Below are positions 1 to 13,285 of a stretch of 64,000 bases of DNA, in pieces. A program made the translations under genes and the position numbers. Position 1 is the stretch's first letter, and each line of letters opens with the position of its first letter. This DNA comes from the human T2T-CHM13v2.0 reference genome, Homo sapiens. The stretch lies in the NCBI RefSeq assembly GCF_009914755.1, contig NC_060936.1; one strand, 5' to 3'. The notes under the pieces were generated by a model, which was given only the letters and a program-made list of their open reading frames with translations, was not told the origin of the DNA and made no database searches.

Positions 1-334
1 AGATCTTCTCATGAGGGGCTGTCCACATGACCTTGGCCAGAGAGAGGGTGCCGGCAGTCCTGAGAGCCAGGGCCACTGTGCTTTATGTAATATAAAGACA
101 AAACGTGTCTGTAATTAGCCTGTTAAATGGGGTGAGCATCTGCCTTGCAGTCTCATTGATATTAGTAATGTGCCTAACCAACACTTTACAGACAATGCGC
201 AAGCTCAGGCTCTGGCATCTGGGGGTCTGGGCTTGAACCCCAGCACTGTCCCTTCCTAACCCTTTTATCCACAGCATCTCGTTTTTCTTATCTATAAAAT
301 GGGAATGATACTACCTGTGTCAGGCAGAAATTTA

Positions 335-700
335 CTCAGCTGCAAGTAACAGAAAACCCAGATGACAAATAGGGATTTGTGAAAACACGAAGTTTGGAGT
401 GGGCAGTTCCAGCAGCAGCCGGTCTTGGCTCAGCTGCTCCGTGATGTCTGCAGAGACCTAGGCCCTCCTTCTTTCTGCCTTCCCTCCTCTGCCTGCTGGC
501 TTTCATCCTCATGTGGTTCACCTCACAGTCACAAGTTGGCTGCTGCCATTCAACATCACGTCCAAGTTCACAGTAGGGGACAGGAGAAGGGCAATGCCTC
601 TGACTAATTGGCCAAAAGTTGGCAACATGGTCACCCTCAGCGGCAAGGGAGGCTAGAAAGATGGGAACAGGATTACCGTAACTTGTCTAACAAATCATGA
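335..700. mobile_element. Ancient ERVL/MaLR LTR remnant (LTR33/MLT1-like), inserted within a MIR (~200-320 and ~770-850)
   Basis: tgcaagtaacagaaaaccca start, cacaagttggctgc; MIR core tctataaaatgggaatgata and aaagctctcagcacagggcctggcac on either side. Confidence 0.5.
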
Positions 701-3700
701 TCTGTTGCCTGGGGCTGGGTGTTGTTATCAAGGAAGAACAGAAGGGTACGATGTGGGCAACTAGGTCTGCCTCACTCCTGTGAGTATTGAACAAAATGAG
801 GCAGGTAAAGCTCTCAGCACAGGGCCTGGCACTCAAAAACACTCACCATTATCATGTACATGTGAGTTTTCTCCCTGTTTAAGGACCGATGGGCAACCCT
901 TAACTCCCAAGACACGTTCAGGGGAGCGAGCAAAGGGTGCACCCCCTCTTCTTCAGAGCAGAAAACAAAGGTGTACAAAAAGGGGCAGAGATCGGGCAGG
1001 GACTCAGCTGTGGGGCCCAGGGGCCCATTTGCTCTTGGAGCCTTTCACAGCCTTTCTGGTTGTGTGCAGGGGAACAAACCTCACCCACACGTGAGTCAGA
1101 AGACCTGGTTTTTAGTGTGCACCCTGAAACCGATCTCCTGTGCAACCTTGGCCTTTTCGCTCTTAATTTTGTCATCTACATACAAGAGAGTTGGGTGAGA
1201 GGATCACCGGAGACAGTGCATGTGAGCTCATGATGTTCTACACAAATGTGAGACGTTTGAGCTCATGAGGAAGAAGCAAGGCAAGCTTAGGGAACATAGT
1301 GAGCTTAGTGACTGCGGGCGGCGGGCAGTGAGCACACACATGAACGTACACACACACACGCATGCACACATGTAATGCACCACACAGTACCAACCAAGCA
1401 CGTGTGCAGCACTTGCAGATGAATGCACATCCCACACACATTAAGACACAGGTTAGCTGTCTGCCAAGATGTACCCTGGTGACACATGGTATAAAAGCTT
1501 TGTCAAAGGAGAGGGGGAGATGGAGGATGCAGCTGGGCTGAGGTCAGCTGGCCCCCAGCAAGATGGTCTTGGTTATTCCCATCACATCAGGCCAGAAGGC
1601 AGAGTTTCCAGGGCGCTCACTGGGGCATGCGGACAGGTGTTGACCATGTTGCTCCTCTTTGGAAGCCACCTCACTGCCCTTTGCAGTGACTCCGTCCAGT
1701 AGGGTCATGTTGCTAGAAAGTCTGGTCTCCAGGTCATCTCCATCTGCAGCTTTTCCATCCCTTTCAGGGCAGGCAAGAGGCTGTGACTACACAGTCAGCT
1801 GAGGCTGAGGAGGACAAGGGGAAGCAGAGGGGCCCAGAAGCAATGCCGGCCAGAGCCCTGGCTGCCCAGCAGTCAGGAGGGAGGGGGATGGAATCCTGGG
1901 AGAGTCCCTTTGAATCAGAAGTCCTCACAGCCTCCCTTTCAGCTCCCTACTTCACTTAGATTTGCACCTCTGCAGCCGTGCCAGGTCAGAGCCCGGAGGA
2001 GGTGGGCAGCCAGCACGTGTAGCATTACACCAGGAGGGTGGGCATGAGCACCTGGCCGGGCAGCCACCACTGCAGTGGAAATCAGTCCCTAAGCCCTGCC
2101 ATTAGAAATACTGGGGCCCACGCCAGCTAATCCGAGGTGTTGGAAACGTGCTGAGATGTGACCATGTGCGGCTCAGAGCACCGGGCCAAGCCCAGAGGCC
2201 ACAGCAGCCTGGAGGAGGCAACTCACAGCAATGAGAGTGAGGAGCGGGGCTAGCCTGGCAGGAAGCCGAATGCTTCCTCGGAGAACCAGGCCAGCTTCCA
2301 GGAAGGATGCCTGGTCCAGGCTGGCAGCTTGCTGGGAATTTGCTCTTCTGAGCTCCCCAAGGACAGCATTCCAGAAACGCCAGAGAGGGCTGGTCAACGT
2401 CAGAGAGACCCTGGTCTACTGAGGGTCACACCAGGGTCGGCATTATCCAGGGCCAACAAATGAAGACCAGCCAGGAGCCAGGGCTGCTGCCCGGGTTCTC
2501 CTTCAAGCAATCCGTGGAGAAAACATTGCCTTACAGACTGCCATGATGGGATTAAAATGAATCCCATTGGCCTTAGGAAGAGTCCATCTACTTCCCCCTG
2601 ATGGGGGAAACGTACAGAAATGGTGCAAGTGTCTCCTGTTAGAGAAATGGAATTATGGGTGTGACCGTTTCGTGACTGTGGCTGGCCTTCACTGGTGAAC
2701 TCTTGCTCCCTTGGCCCACCGCCCTCAGGGGCCAGCCCCATGGCTCGCCTTAGTTGGGCTGATGTTCCCGTGCTGAAATCCTTGGGCACGCCTCGGAGGA
2801 TAGAGGAGGACTCCGGACCCCGGTTCCCTCTCTGGAAACAGTCCCGGAGGAAGTGGCAGAGGCGAGTGGGAGCCATCAAATGCTCATGCTCAAAGGGGCT
2901 TCTGGAATTACTGGAGCTGAGCCCTCAACTTTCCAGAAACATAACTGAGACCAGGAGAGAAGGGCCCTCCTCGGTGTCATGCCCCATTCACGAAAGAGCC
3001 AGGACCACCGAGCCCAGGCTGCCTGCACTCACCGCACTGCCTGCGGGAGGCTTCGTGGGATGGGCCTCTCTCCATGTCAGGCACAGCAGGGGTGATACAG
3101 AGGTGAGGGGATGGGATCCTTGCGCTCAGAGATACACCAGGCATACAATCAACGTGAAGACCGTAATAGTCAAGGATAAATGTGAGAAGGGCTCTTGGAT
3201 CATTACGGAACACACTGGCAGACACTTCTGAAGAGGTTAACACAACGGGGGTAGCATTTGAGTTTGAAAGAAGAATTAATGCTGATTAAGCTTCCAACAC
3301 AGTGGCAACAAGGAGTGTTGTAGCGGCTAAGGGCTTGTTTAGGCCCTGCCATTTATTAACGACGTGATCTTGGGCACTTCCAACTCAATTTCCTCCTCAA
3401 TAGAATGCAGGGCAATGATACCTGCCCTGCAGGCATCGGGGGAGGCGACATGGTGTGTGTAACGTTCCTCCACATTGCTCAGCAAATGGCGAGATCTCTA
3501 TAAACCCTGTGGTCATCGTGGCTCCCCTTGTCATTATCACCCTCCTCATGCCCGTGGCCACCATGCATGGGTGGGGGCCGGGTCCCACCAGGAAGTCTGT
3601 CTGTAGCAGTCTCCCTAGGGGTGGGCACAGTGACACCTGTGTAGCCCTTCCTCTGCCTGAGTCACACCTGTTCTGAAGCTACAAAATTAGGTGTGTAGAT

Positions 3701-3827
3701 GAGGAAGCAGAGAGGCAGCTACTGGTTCTGATGAATCCTCAAAGCATTTTGGGGAACCACAGCTACAACTAAATTCAGCTGGAGGTTTGTCCTCTCAGTC
3801 TGAGCCATGTGCTCATTTCAGAGTGTG

Positions 3828-4245
3828 GGGAAGGAGGGGTAAGGCGGGGAAGGAGGAGGAGGAGGAGGAGGAAAAGGTTGAGGAAGAAAAAGAGGATAGG
3901 AGAAGGAGGAAGAAGAGGGGGAGGAGGAGGAGGAAGGGGAAGGAGGAGGAAGAAGAGGAGGAGAAGGAAGGGGGAGGAGGAGGAGGAGGAAGAGGGGAGG
4001 AGGAAGAGGGGGAAGAAGAAGGGGAGGAGTAAGAGGGGGAGGAGGAGGAAGAGGGGGAGGAAGAGGGGAGGAGGAAGAGTGGGATGAAGAGGGGGAGGAA
4101 GAGGGGGAGGAGGAGGAAGAGAGGGAGGAGGAGGAAGAAGAGGGGGAGGGAGAGGGCGAGGAGGAAGAGGGGGAGAAGGAGGAGGAGGGGGAGAAGGAGG
4201 AGGTGGAGGAGGAGGAAGGGGGTGAGGAGCAGGAGGAGGAGGAGA
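3828..4245. repeat. ~415-bp polypurine (GGA/GAA/GGGGGA) low-complexity tract
   Basis: Almost exclusively G/A on the plus strand; source of the spurious Pro/Ser/Glu/Arg-rich ORFs. Confidence 0.95.
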
Positions 4246-4814
4246 CAACCAGATAGGCATGGGGATGGTTCCGTCTGCTCGGGCTCACTTGTCCACTGGC
4301 CTGGATCCCTCAGGCCTCCATCCTTCCATTTCACAGCCTCAGTTCCTCTCTGGTGGGGCCTCCTTGGGTCCCCATGAAGAGACTGCTCTCCACGAACCTT
4401 TCCTTCTCTGCCTGTCTGGCCTTCCACTTCTCCTTTTCTCTTGCCCCTCAATGCCTCCGTTCCCTTCTCTCCCACGGTGCCCAGCAAGCCTTCGTTACCT
4501 GCCCACTCTGTCCCTGGCCCTGTGCCTGGCCCCAGGGTCCAGAACCCCTTAGCATGATGGCAGTTTTTTGCCCTGGAGGAGCTCATAGGCTGCTGAGAAG
4601 ACAGACACAAAAGAAAATACCAAGAGGCCAGAGAGCTCACTCTGCCTGGGTCTCATGCCCTTATGAGGGTGGTTTCTGCCTGGGGTAAACCCTATGTGTT
4701 CGAACACCTGCTGCTCCACTGGGCCCTCAGAGTGGAGCACAGACCCTGCCTCGCCCCCACCTCAGGGAGCTCAGAGCCATCAGAAGACTGCCCTGCAGGG
4801 GTGGGGTGGCTACC

Positions 4815-5070
4815 ACTTACTGCTTCCGGCTGCAAGGAGCAGGAAACCCCTACTTGAGGAACGAAATAATAATAACAGTGTGACAGCTCACATGAAGCCA
4901 GAGGCAGGTGGCTCCAGGGCCGGCGAGTGCAGCAGGTCCGGGATGTCACCCAGGACGCAGGTTCCTTCTGTGTTTCCTCCTGCTGCCCTCAGCATTTCAG
5001 GTTGTCCTCCAGCCAGCTCCCCTCAGGGCCACAGGATGGCTGCCACTGCTCCCATGCTGATTCCCAGGGC
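4815..5070. mobile_element. Ancient LTR33/MLT1-like LTR remnant
   Basis: ggctgcaagg...gaaaccc, gatgtcacccagg, cacaggatggctgcc motifs. Confidence 0.45.
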
Positions 5071-5621
5071 TCGTCCCAGACCTGGATCCAAAGCCCTGAG
5101 GTGCAGGGCCCCAGTCTCCCTGGGTGCCCCCAAGGTCCTGGCCGCTGTTTGGGAGCCAGTCCCCCGGCCTTCCTGCGTGGATACGGGAATGCTCAGCCTT
5201 GAGCCGGGGGCACATCAGAGGAGCAGTGAGGGCAGCACGTCCTGGAGTGAGCAGAGGCTGCAGACAGGGCTTCCACGCAGACCGTTTGCCTGTTACCAAA
5301 TTTGAGGACAAAGGTTTCTTTCTTTTGAAGTCATGGGTTCTTGGATGGAGCCTTGTCTGACCCCAGCAGTGCAGCACAGGGGAGTGAATGAGCAGGAAGA
5401 CGACCAGCATCTCCTCAGGGCAGGGCCATGACTGGGGCCTGTGCGTCCATCCCCGCGGAGCTGGTGGCAGAGTGGCGGATGCCGTGGTGGAGCACTGCAT
5501 GGAGCACTGACGGATGACACGTGCACATGGCGATGAGGACGACACCTAAACGTGGCAGTCAGTGGAGGGAAAGCCAGAACGGGATTCATGACACAGAACC
5601 ACAGAAATTAAAAATAGATAA

Positions 5622-5776
5622 GCTGGGCGTGGCAGCGGGCACCTGTGGTCCCAGCTACTCAGGAGGCTGAGGCAGGTGGATCACTTGAGCCCAGGAGGTC
5701 AAGGCTGCAGTGAGCTATGATAGAGCCACTGCATTGTAGCCTGGGTGACAGTGAGATCCTGTCCTAAAAAAAAAAT
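5622..5776 (+). mobile_element. Alu monomer (FRAM/AluJ right arm)
   Basis: cccagctactcaggaggctgagg...gcctgggtgacag plus A-tail. Confidence 0.85.
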
Positions 5777-5789
5777 AGGTCCACAGAGT

Positions 5790-6190
5790 TTCATACAAAT
5801 GAATACGACACAGTGATTAAAAATGGGCATAATGAGGAGTGAAAGAATCCAGATAAAAGACAGTGAAGACACTGCTTTGTGTCACTCCATTTATGTGAAA
5901 TTCCAGAAAGAAACCTATGATGACAGGAATCAGCATAGTGACATCCCGGAAGGTTGGTTTGACTAAGCAGGGTATATACAAGACCTTCTGGAGTGTCGGA
6001 AATGTTCTAGATTGCCGTCTGGATGTGGGTTAACACACGTACGCAGACACACACAGACGGCTGTTTATAAACTTCGCTGAGTTGTGCACTGAGGACTCTG
6101 CATACTTTTCTGTGTGCATCTTACACCTCTGTAGAATTAATATAAAGCCACGCACACAAAACAATATACATTTTGTAAAAACACAAACAA
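5790..6190 (+). mobile_element. Ancient L1M 3'UTR fragment
   Basis: ccatttatgtgaaattccag, aaatgttcta...tctgg, tacacctc motifs typical of L1MC/ME ends. Confidence 0.55.
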
Positions 6191-6938
6191 AAAATAACAC
6201 ATTGAACAGAATACGATGGCTGAGGGGTTGTAGGGAATGGGAGTGGGGTACGGATGTAAAAGGGAGGAAATGAACTTTTAAAGCGTCCTTGTCCAAACCA
6301 ATGATGAAGGTTTATATACACTAAGGAGCAAGATTACCTTGATTGCTTGTGTGCCCGAGGGTGGGGTCGGGAGAGAAAAGAAAAAGCAACAGCAGCAGAA
6401 TAGCAGAGGCAAGAAGTTTAGGGCTTCAGAGGCTTGGACCACGTGGGGAGTGGCGGGGCCTCTGCGGGCAGCCTGGCACCACGGCTTCCTAGGCCCATTG
6501 CCAAGGGCAGGCCGCCCTGGTCTGCTCAACGTCAAGAACAAACTCCAAGATCGTGACAGAAGAACGCAGGACAGAGTTCCTGGCGGTGGTTACCCAGGGC
6601 TGGAGCTTCCCAGCCCTGGCGGGGAGCTGGCAGTGAAGCCAGACTCAACGTGCATCGTGCGTCTCTCTCCACAGCAGGGGAGATGGTGTGAGCTGGAGCG
6701 TGCACAACATTCAGGAGTGAAAGTTTTAGTGAGCAGAAGTGGAGAGAAGGGGTGTGGGCTGAGGGTCATGTGAGGTGAAGTGAAGAGGTTCTGCCTGCCT
6801 CTCCCTGGCTGCAGAGGGAGCATCCGCTGGGTGCTGTGGGGCCAAACCACAGGGGATGAGACTCAGCGATGCTTGGGATGGAACTGGCAGAGGTTTGTTC
6901 CGCAGGATAACAGGAGACTGCTGGAAACGGGCTGGGGC

Positions 6939-7382
6939 GTGTGTGTGCAAATGTGTGTACATGGGTGTCTATGATGTGGCTATGTGGAGGTGTATTGTGT
7001 TAATGTATGTGTGCATGTATGTGTGTGCATGTGTGTGAGTGAACGTATATGGGCTTGTGTGAATGTGCATGTCTATTGCATGTGTTTGTGTGTGCGTATG
7101 TGTACGTGTGAATGTATGTGCATATGTTTGTGTGTGATGTGTATGTATATGAGGTGTATCTGCGTGTGTATTGCATGTTTACACATGTGCACGTGTGTGT
7201 GTATGTTTGTGTGATGTGTATGTATATGAGGTGTATGTGTGTATTGCATGTTTACACATGTTCATGTGTGTGTATGTGTGTGCATGTTTGTGTGATGTGT
7301 ATGTATATGTGAAGTATGTGTGCGTGTCTTGCATGCGTGCATGTGTACGCGTGTATATGTATGTGTGCAGGTGCGTGTACTT
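6939..7382. repeat. Degenerate (TG/TA/CA)n purine-pyrimidine alternating tract with internal higher-order copies
   Basis: Repeated gtgtgatgtgtatgtatatg...gtattgcatgtttacacatg blocks. Confidence 0.9.
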
Positions 7383-10300
7383 GTGTTCTGGAGAGACTGA
7401 GAAATTAAAGAATAAACAGGAGAGGCTCCCGGCAGGGGTGACTGGTCCTTTAATGAATCCCCCAAACTCTCTTTTCCTTTGCCTCCCAGGCTTGCTGCGC
7501 GGCCTCCTTAATTAATGCCTGTAGAATGCGTTCAGATGCTGGAAGGAGAAGCAGCAGCTTTATAAATAAACACTTCTAAAGGTTGACTAATCCCTGAGTC
7601 CCCGAGGGAGAGGAGAGAGCTGTGCTGTGTGGGAGGAAGGGGCACCTTGAGCGAAGGAGGCAGCTGCGGCGGTTCACTGAGGTTTCGGTCCCGGCCCCCA
7701 TTAGCAAGTTACTTCTCCAGGGGCAGGCCCTGGCTCCTTTCTGGGCCTGTCTTCAGCAGCCAAAGGAAAGGCTTGGATTATGGCCTCACAAGATCCTTTC
7801 TCATGCTCCCATTTTATAAAGTGCCTGTTGTGGCCAAGGTCACAGAGTTGCCCCAGCTGAGCACAAGAGGGCACCTGAGAGAGGCAGGCAGGGGCCACGT
7901 GGCTGCCCCTCACATGCAGGCAGCCTGGCCGGCTGCAGCCACCCGTGGAGTGACCTGTTCGTGGAGGTCCAGCTCAGAGCTCTCTAAGCAGGCTCAGCAA
8001 AGGCAAGCAACACAGAGGAGGAGGCTCCTGTCCACGGCAGAGCCAAACCAGGGCTGCAGGGCCATTCCATGCTCCGCAGAGCACCCCGACCTGGAGATGG
8101 AGCAGCCTCTCCAGGTGATGTGGAGGCAGAGAATGTGGTGGCCACCCTACACTCAGGACCAGGGGCCACCTCTGACAGTGATTTCCCCTGAACATAACAT
8201 CTTAACCAGAAGGAAGGACCTGAAAGGAGATAGGGGGCTGGATGGTGAGATGGGAAGAAACTACATCTGGTAGAGACTCTTTGTCTGACAGGGGAACCTG
8301 CCCTGTGTTTGCACGGCCTGGCTTTAGCACCCAGGGCGAAGAAATGATGGAGCTGGCCCACTCAGCCTCCTGACTCTAAGGGAGCTGTCGCCTGCCATCT
8401 GACTCTTTTAGGCTTATCTAAGGGATCCCTGTGGCTGGAATTTTGGCAGGGGCCTACCTGGCGATATGTATGGGGATCATTTGTCTGCATTTGCCCAGGA
8501 CAGTCTATGTTTCTGCCTTTTGTCTGTGTGATGAGTTCACATCCAGAAGTATCCTAGTTTGGATGAGGAATTACGTGGTCACCCCATTGATGGACAACTG
8601 GGTGACACTTAAGAAGAAAGAGGACTTGAACCTCCAGAATCTTTGACTTTTAGAACTTTTTGGACATCTGTTCTCTGCAAAATCCCTCCAAAATGTTCTG
8701 CAGCCTTCAGCTGAAGTCATGAACAAGAAATTATTCCTCATTTGCTCACGTTAGAGTGGGGTGTGATGGGGAAGTGAGTGACCCCAGTATCTGAGGAGGT
8801 TCCCTGAGACCCCAAAGCCGGGGTGGCCCCCATCGGACTAACATTTTCTAAGTGCTCTCCCACAGGCACCCACATCACCATGCAGCTCACGGGCGTACTG
8901 AGTCTCATCTGCACGGAGCCCCTCACGTGTGAGGCATCATTTTATTATTTTTTATTATTGGCATTATCAATTTCCTTATCTCATAAAGAGAGGAACAGAC
9001 TCCCGAGGGGGAGACGGCCACATCCTGCTCTGTGAGTGGCCATACAGAAGCTAGAGCCCAGGTCCCTGGGCCCCGCCTCCCCTCCGCAGGACACTGCCTC
9101 TATGCACCTGGTCACAGTCAGACAGGGCAGGGTGCCCTGCTGGCAGCCAGGCCCGGGCAGTGGGGAGCAGAGGGCAGAATCCCTCACGGAGTCTCTGGTC
9201 TCTGGAAGGGCTGGACGGTGCTTTGCCAGCCGCATCTCTCGCCAGTCTGTCTTTCGAGTTCCAGAACACCGAATAGCTTGTATTCTACCCACTTCCCACC
9301 CAATCACACACACACAACCCCATACACACACGCACACATGTACACAGACACTATTGCTGCTTCTTGCCTTCCTGTCCTGGCTCATGCCATCTCTTTTGCC
9401 TTAAACTCCTGCTGCCCCCTTATTTTGTCAACTCTTACCCACCCTTTGAGAACCAGGAGAGGCATCACCTCTTCCTGGAAGCCTTCCCTGGCCTCCCATT
9501 TGCACGTAAGTGATGGCCCTCACAACGTCATCTACAGTAACTCTCCTTCCCACTGGTCTGTGAGATCCTCGGGGCCTGGGCAGGGTCTTACTCATCCCTG
9601 TGTCTCCAGCGTGGCATCCGATGGGTGGCGGCCATCCACACACAGGCTGGGCGCTGCACCGCCGGGCAGAGCTCCTTGTCCTTTCAGGACCCGTTATCTC
9701 AAGATTTCCTATCAAGCCACAGTTTCCCAGCCTCTGTGCATGCTGGGAAACCTCTGTCTATGCAGGAGGGAATAAAATCTAAGGAACAAGTGACCCTGGA
9801 GAAGTGCTATGGGCAGAAAATATAACAACACCAAAAATAATTTTGGACCGACTTATGACGGAGCCGTAAGTGGCGATAAGAAAAGCTGGGACACACCTGA
9901 CCCGTGAGGCTGATGGGGGAAGGGCCAGTTTTGCCTGGCACATCCCACAGGGCTGCCATCCAACGTAGAAAACGCCAGTGTGGAGCATGCGCGGCTCTGG
10001 CCCAAAGCAACCATTGCAAGGTTCCTACGACTGACACCACAGAAAATCCTTTCCCCTTGATACTTATCTGGGTGGCGAAAGAGACAGGAGGTGGTGGGAC
10101 TAGAACCCAGAGCTTTCTGAGTGCAGTATTCTCTACACCACATCACACAGGATGAGGGGCTCCTGACAGCCTAGATCTTGGGACTGCCGCCTTGGTCTTT
10201 TGAGCCCCTTCAATTGTGTAGGTACCAGGTGTGCCTGACAGGTGGAGGGAGGAGCTGGGGCACTCACAGAACTGTGTGTGTGCACGGCTGGGTGGGCTGC

Positions 10301-12229
10301 AGCTCCCGTCCTGGGCCAGGAGAACGTCGTCTTGGAGACGGGGCCCTGCTTGTCCCCCAGCATCTCTAATGCTGAGAACTCCCACCCGTCCCTCACATGT
10401 CTGTTTCAGTGTCTGCCGACCTCAGCAGGACGCTTTACCTTGGCTTCTCCCTAGACATTTGGCGCCTTTCATCTTGGCCCTCAGACTTTTAGAGAAATTC
10501 TTAGACTTTGGCTTATGACTGTCTGCTCTCCCACCCTTTCTCTTGCCCACTTAGTACATATTTTTACCTCCTTCCTGCCGTGCCCTTAGTTAACTTGTCC
10601 GAGGCTTGGATTTCTTTCTTCTGCCTCCCTCAGAAGCCTGGGCTGCACAGCTTGGGCTGCTAGCTGGCGCGGGGCCACGCGCCTGTCTGTACTGCCCAGC
10701 CGCCGGGAGTGCCAGTCACCCAGTGCTCTGCTCTCCTCCCCCCCAACAGTCTGCACACGCAGTTTTTATTTGTGTACTTTTCTCAAGGCTCTAAGCTGTT
10801 GGCAGGCATTACTCATGACTCAATTTAGTGAACATCTATCTAGATACCCAAGGTTGAGTTAAATATACCAAGTATTTGTAACCACCTCCCTCACTCCTCT
10901 AATTGTAAGAGGGAGTGGGGTGCAGAGCATCTGAGATCTGAAAGCCAAGTGTTCAGCAAAATGCTGGGCAGGCTCCCCAGCCTGCGCGGCCACGCACCTT
11001 TACACCACGCCGCGCTGCCCCAGCCTGCGTGCTGCAAACGACGCATTTGACCTCCAAGATGACTCCACGTTCCAAAGCCTGCAAGGCAGGCTGATTTCTT
11101 GGAGAAGGGAGGAGGCGGCACATGTCTGAATAGAGCAGGCCCTGTTAGAAAACAGAAGGCTTCATTGCTAATAGGAGCGAGCGACCAATCTGTCCACATT
11201 AATCCAGAGACATGGTTCCTAAAACTGCACCCAACACTCCGCCCCTCCCCGCCCCACCTGCATCTACACTGACAAATGGAAACTGAGCAAAGCCTGGTGC
11301 TCAGAGCACTCGTTTCTAATGTGCCCCTCCCATCCTTGGCACCACATACTCCAGGGAAGTAGGCCTTAACAAGGGTGGACTGTTGGTCTCTCTTTATACC
11401 TGAGAGAACCAAAGAGGGCTGTTACTCAATAGTTGAGATTTCTTGAGGTGGAAACGCACTTTCAGATTTTCACCCTTCTCATTCAAGAGGAAGAAAGCAG
11501 GTCTTTCTGTCCTTTCTGGGTCTGAAAAGGGCAGGCAGGCTGCTGGTGTCTGAGGGAAGAACAAACTTACCAAATGCAACAGATCTGTGATTTCCAGGGC
11601 AATCCTTCAGCATGCGATATTTTGTTGTTGTTGTTGTTTTGTTTTTGTTTGTTGGCCCAGGGCTTACCTCTTAAAAGGGCTGGCAGAAGCCAGTACAAGG
11701 GGGCTATGTGTATCAGTAGGGCTGGGTATGCACACCAGACAGTTCTAGAAGATGCTAACAAAGGTTTCTCTCACTCTGCAATTATCACCATGTCTGGCCT
11801 TCTGAAGGGGGAGACCGAGCAGAGTGTTTCTTTTCAGAAGATCCAGGAAGTACAAATCCTATCAAATAGCACTGCCTTCTCCCGCCTTGCAATTAAGGTG
11901 GTGCTTTACCCATAACGGCAGGGGCAAGAACAATACCGACATGGTATGTTACAAGTAATATACTGCTGGGTATGTGGACCTCTTAAAGAGCTGTGGCACT
12001 TCCTTCATAAGGAAGGGAGAAGTGTTACTGTTTTCATTCCATTGATAAGGAAATGAGGGGGAGAACGCGGTAAAGCAAGGCGGCCACAGATCCCTAAGTG
12101 CCAATGCCAGGCTGAACACTCAGGTCCTGGTAGATGGCAAACAAAGGCCGGCCCAGCAGCTGCGGGCCTCTCCCAACAACTGGAGCATGGCCCCCGCACC
12201 ACAGTCATGGCACAGAGGGGCTGTCTGCC

Positions 12230-12430
12230 ATATGTTGCTCCCATTTAATCCTCATATGGACCTTGTGAGGGTCTTTCATTTTCTAAGTGAGAAAACAACA
12301 TCCCAAAGATGTGTTTGTTCAGGAGTTGAAGGCGGATCTGTGTGACTCCATAGCTGGGTGCTCTTCCCCACACCGGACGGCTCTGGCTTCTGGAACGTCT
12401 ACCAGGCTGAAGCCCACTGCACTGGATAAG
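12230..12430 (-). mobile_element. MIR
   Basis: catttaatcctca...gtgag...attttcta...tgagaaaac...gactcca motif order. Confidence 0.55.
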
Positions 12431-13119
12431 GCTGCCTCTACGAACAGAAATCTCAGGGCTGCACCTGAGATTCAATCAGGTGAAAACTGCTGCCTGGGAG
12501 CCAGTGGCACCTAAGGAGTGGCGTCCATGATGTTCTCAGAATTTGGGCTGAGTGGGAAGAAGAAAAGCCCATTTATTTATGAAATCTAGCTTTGGGTGCC
12601 TTAGATAACCCTTTTGATCTATTTCTTGGACTCACTAGAGAAAGTCCTTTTGTACAAAGACACTCTCATCTGCTTTGCTGTATAGAAGAAATAAGCACTC
12701 CATCACCAACTGCCCTTTGAAGGGTGACTTCGTCTTTGGTCTAAATGAATTGGGCCTGTCCCTTTCAAAATGATGTATTCCAGTAAAGGATGGAGAATTT
12801 ATTATTTTTCAAAACAGATGACTGTGGTGTTGACCTAGAAAGGCCCGACTGAAGCCTGCAGGGCAGGTCTGACCATGCTGGGCTTGGGTTTGTTCCCCCG
12901 TCGCATCAGAACATGGGCACCTTCTCACATTAGGTACGGCAACTGATATTCTTTCTGTTTTATTTACTCGGTTCTGAAGCAAAAGAATAAATATTTCATG
13001 AAATTAGCCATTTGCTACTGCAAATACGTTAGGAACATTAAGTATGGAATTCATCTCTCCTTAGCTAGCGAAGCAACTCTAAACATGTAATTAAGATCAA
13101 AGATACATTGTTAAGGTTG

Positions 13120-13285
13120 CCAGCAGTTAATCAGATCATTGATTTTGCCCCATTTTTGTGCATGTATCGCTGAGGCAAGCACTACGATCACTGACTTTGA
13201 ATCCAGCAGTTAATCAGATCATTGATTTTGTCCCATTTTTGTGCATGTATCGCTGAGGCAAGCACTATGATCACTGACTTTGAAT
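13120..13285. repeat. 83-bp tandem duplication (2 copies, 2 mismatches)
   Basis: ccagcagttaatcagatc...gactttgaat at 13120 and 13203. Confidence 0.95.

Noticed and set aside
3775-4640. Long Pro-, Ser-, Glu- and Arg-rich ORFs
   Set aside because: Translations of the GA-rich simple repeat; no splice or homology support.
6856-7515. Cys/Val/Met-rich ORFs
   Set aside because: Translations of the degenerate TG repeat.
2173-10518. Numerous 60-250 aa ORFs in the GC-rich left region, and a possible annotated lincRNA here
   Set aside because: No recognisable domains; expected by chance at this GC content. I cannot define lincRNA exons from sequence alone.
13120-13285. Tandem C/D-box snoRNA copies
   Set aside because: No proper RTGATGA C box or terminal stem; better explained as a local duplication.
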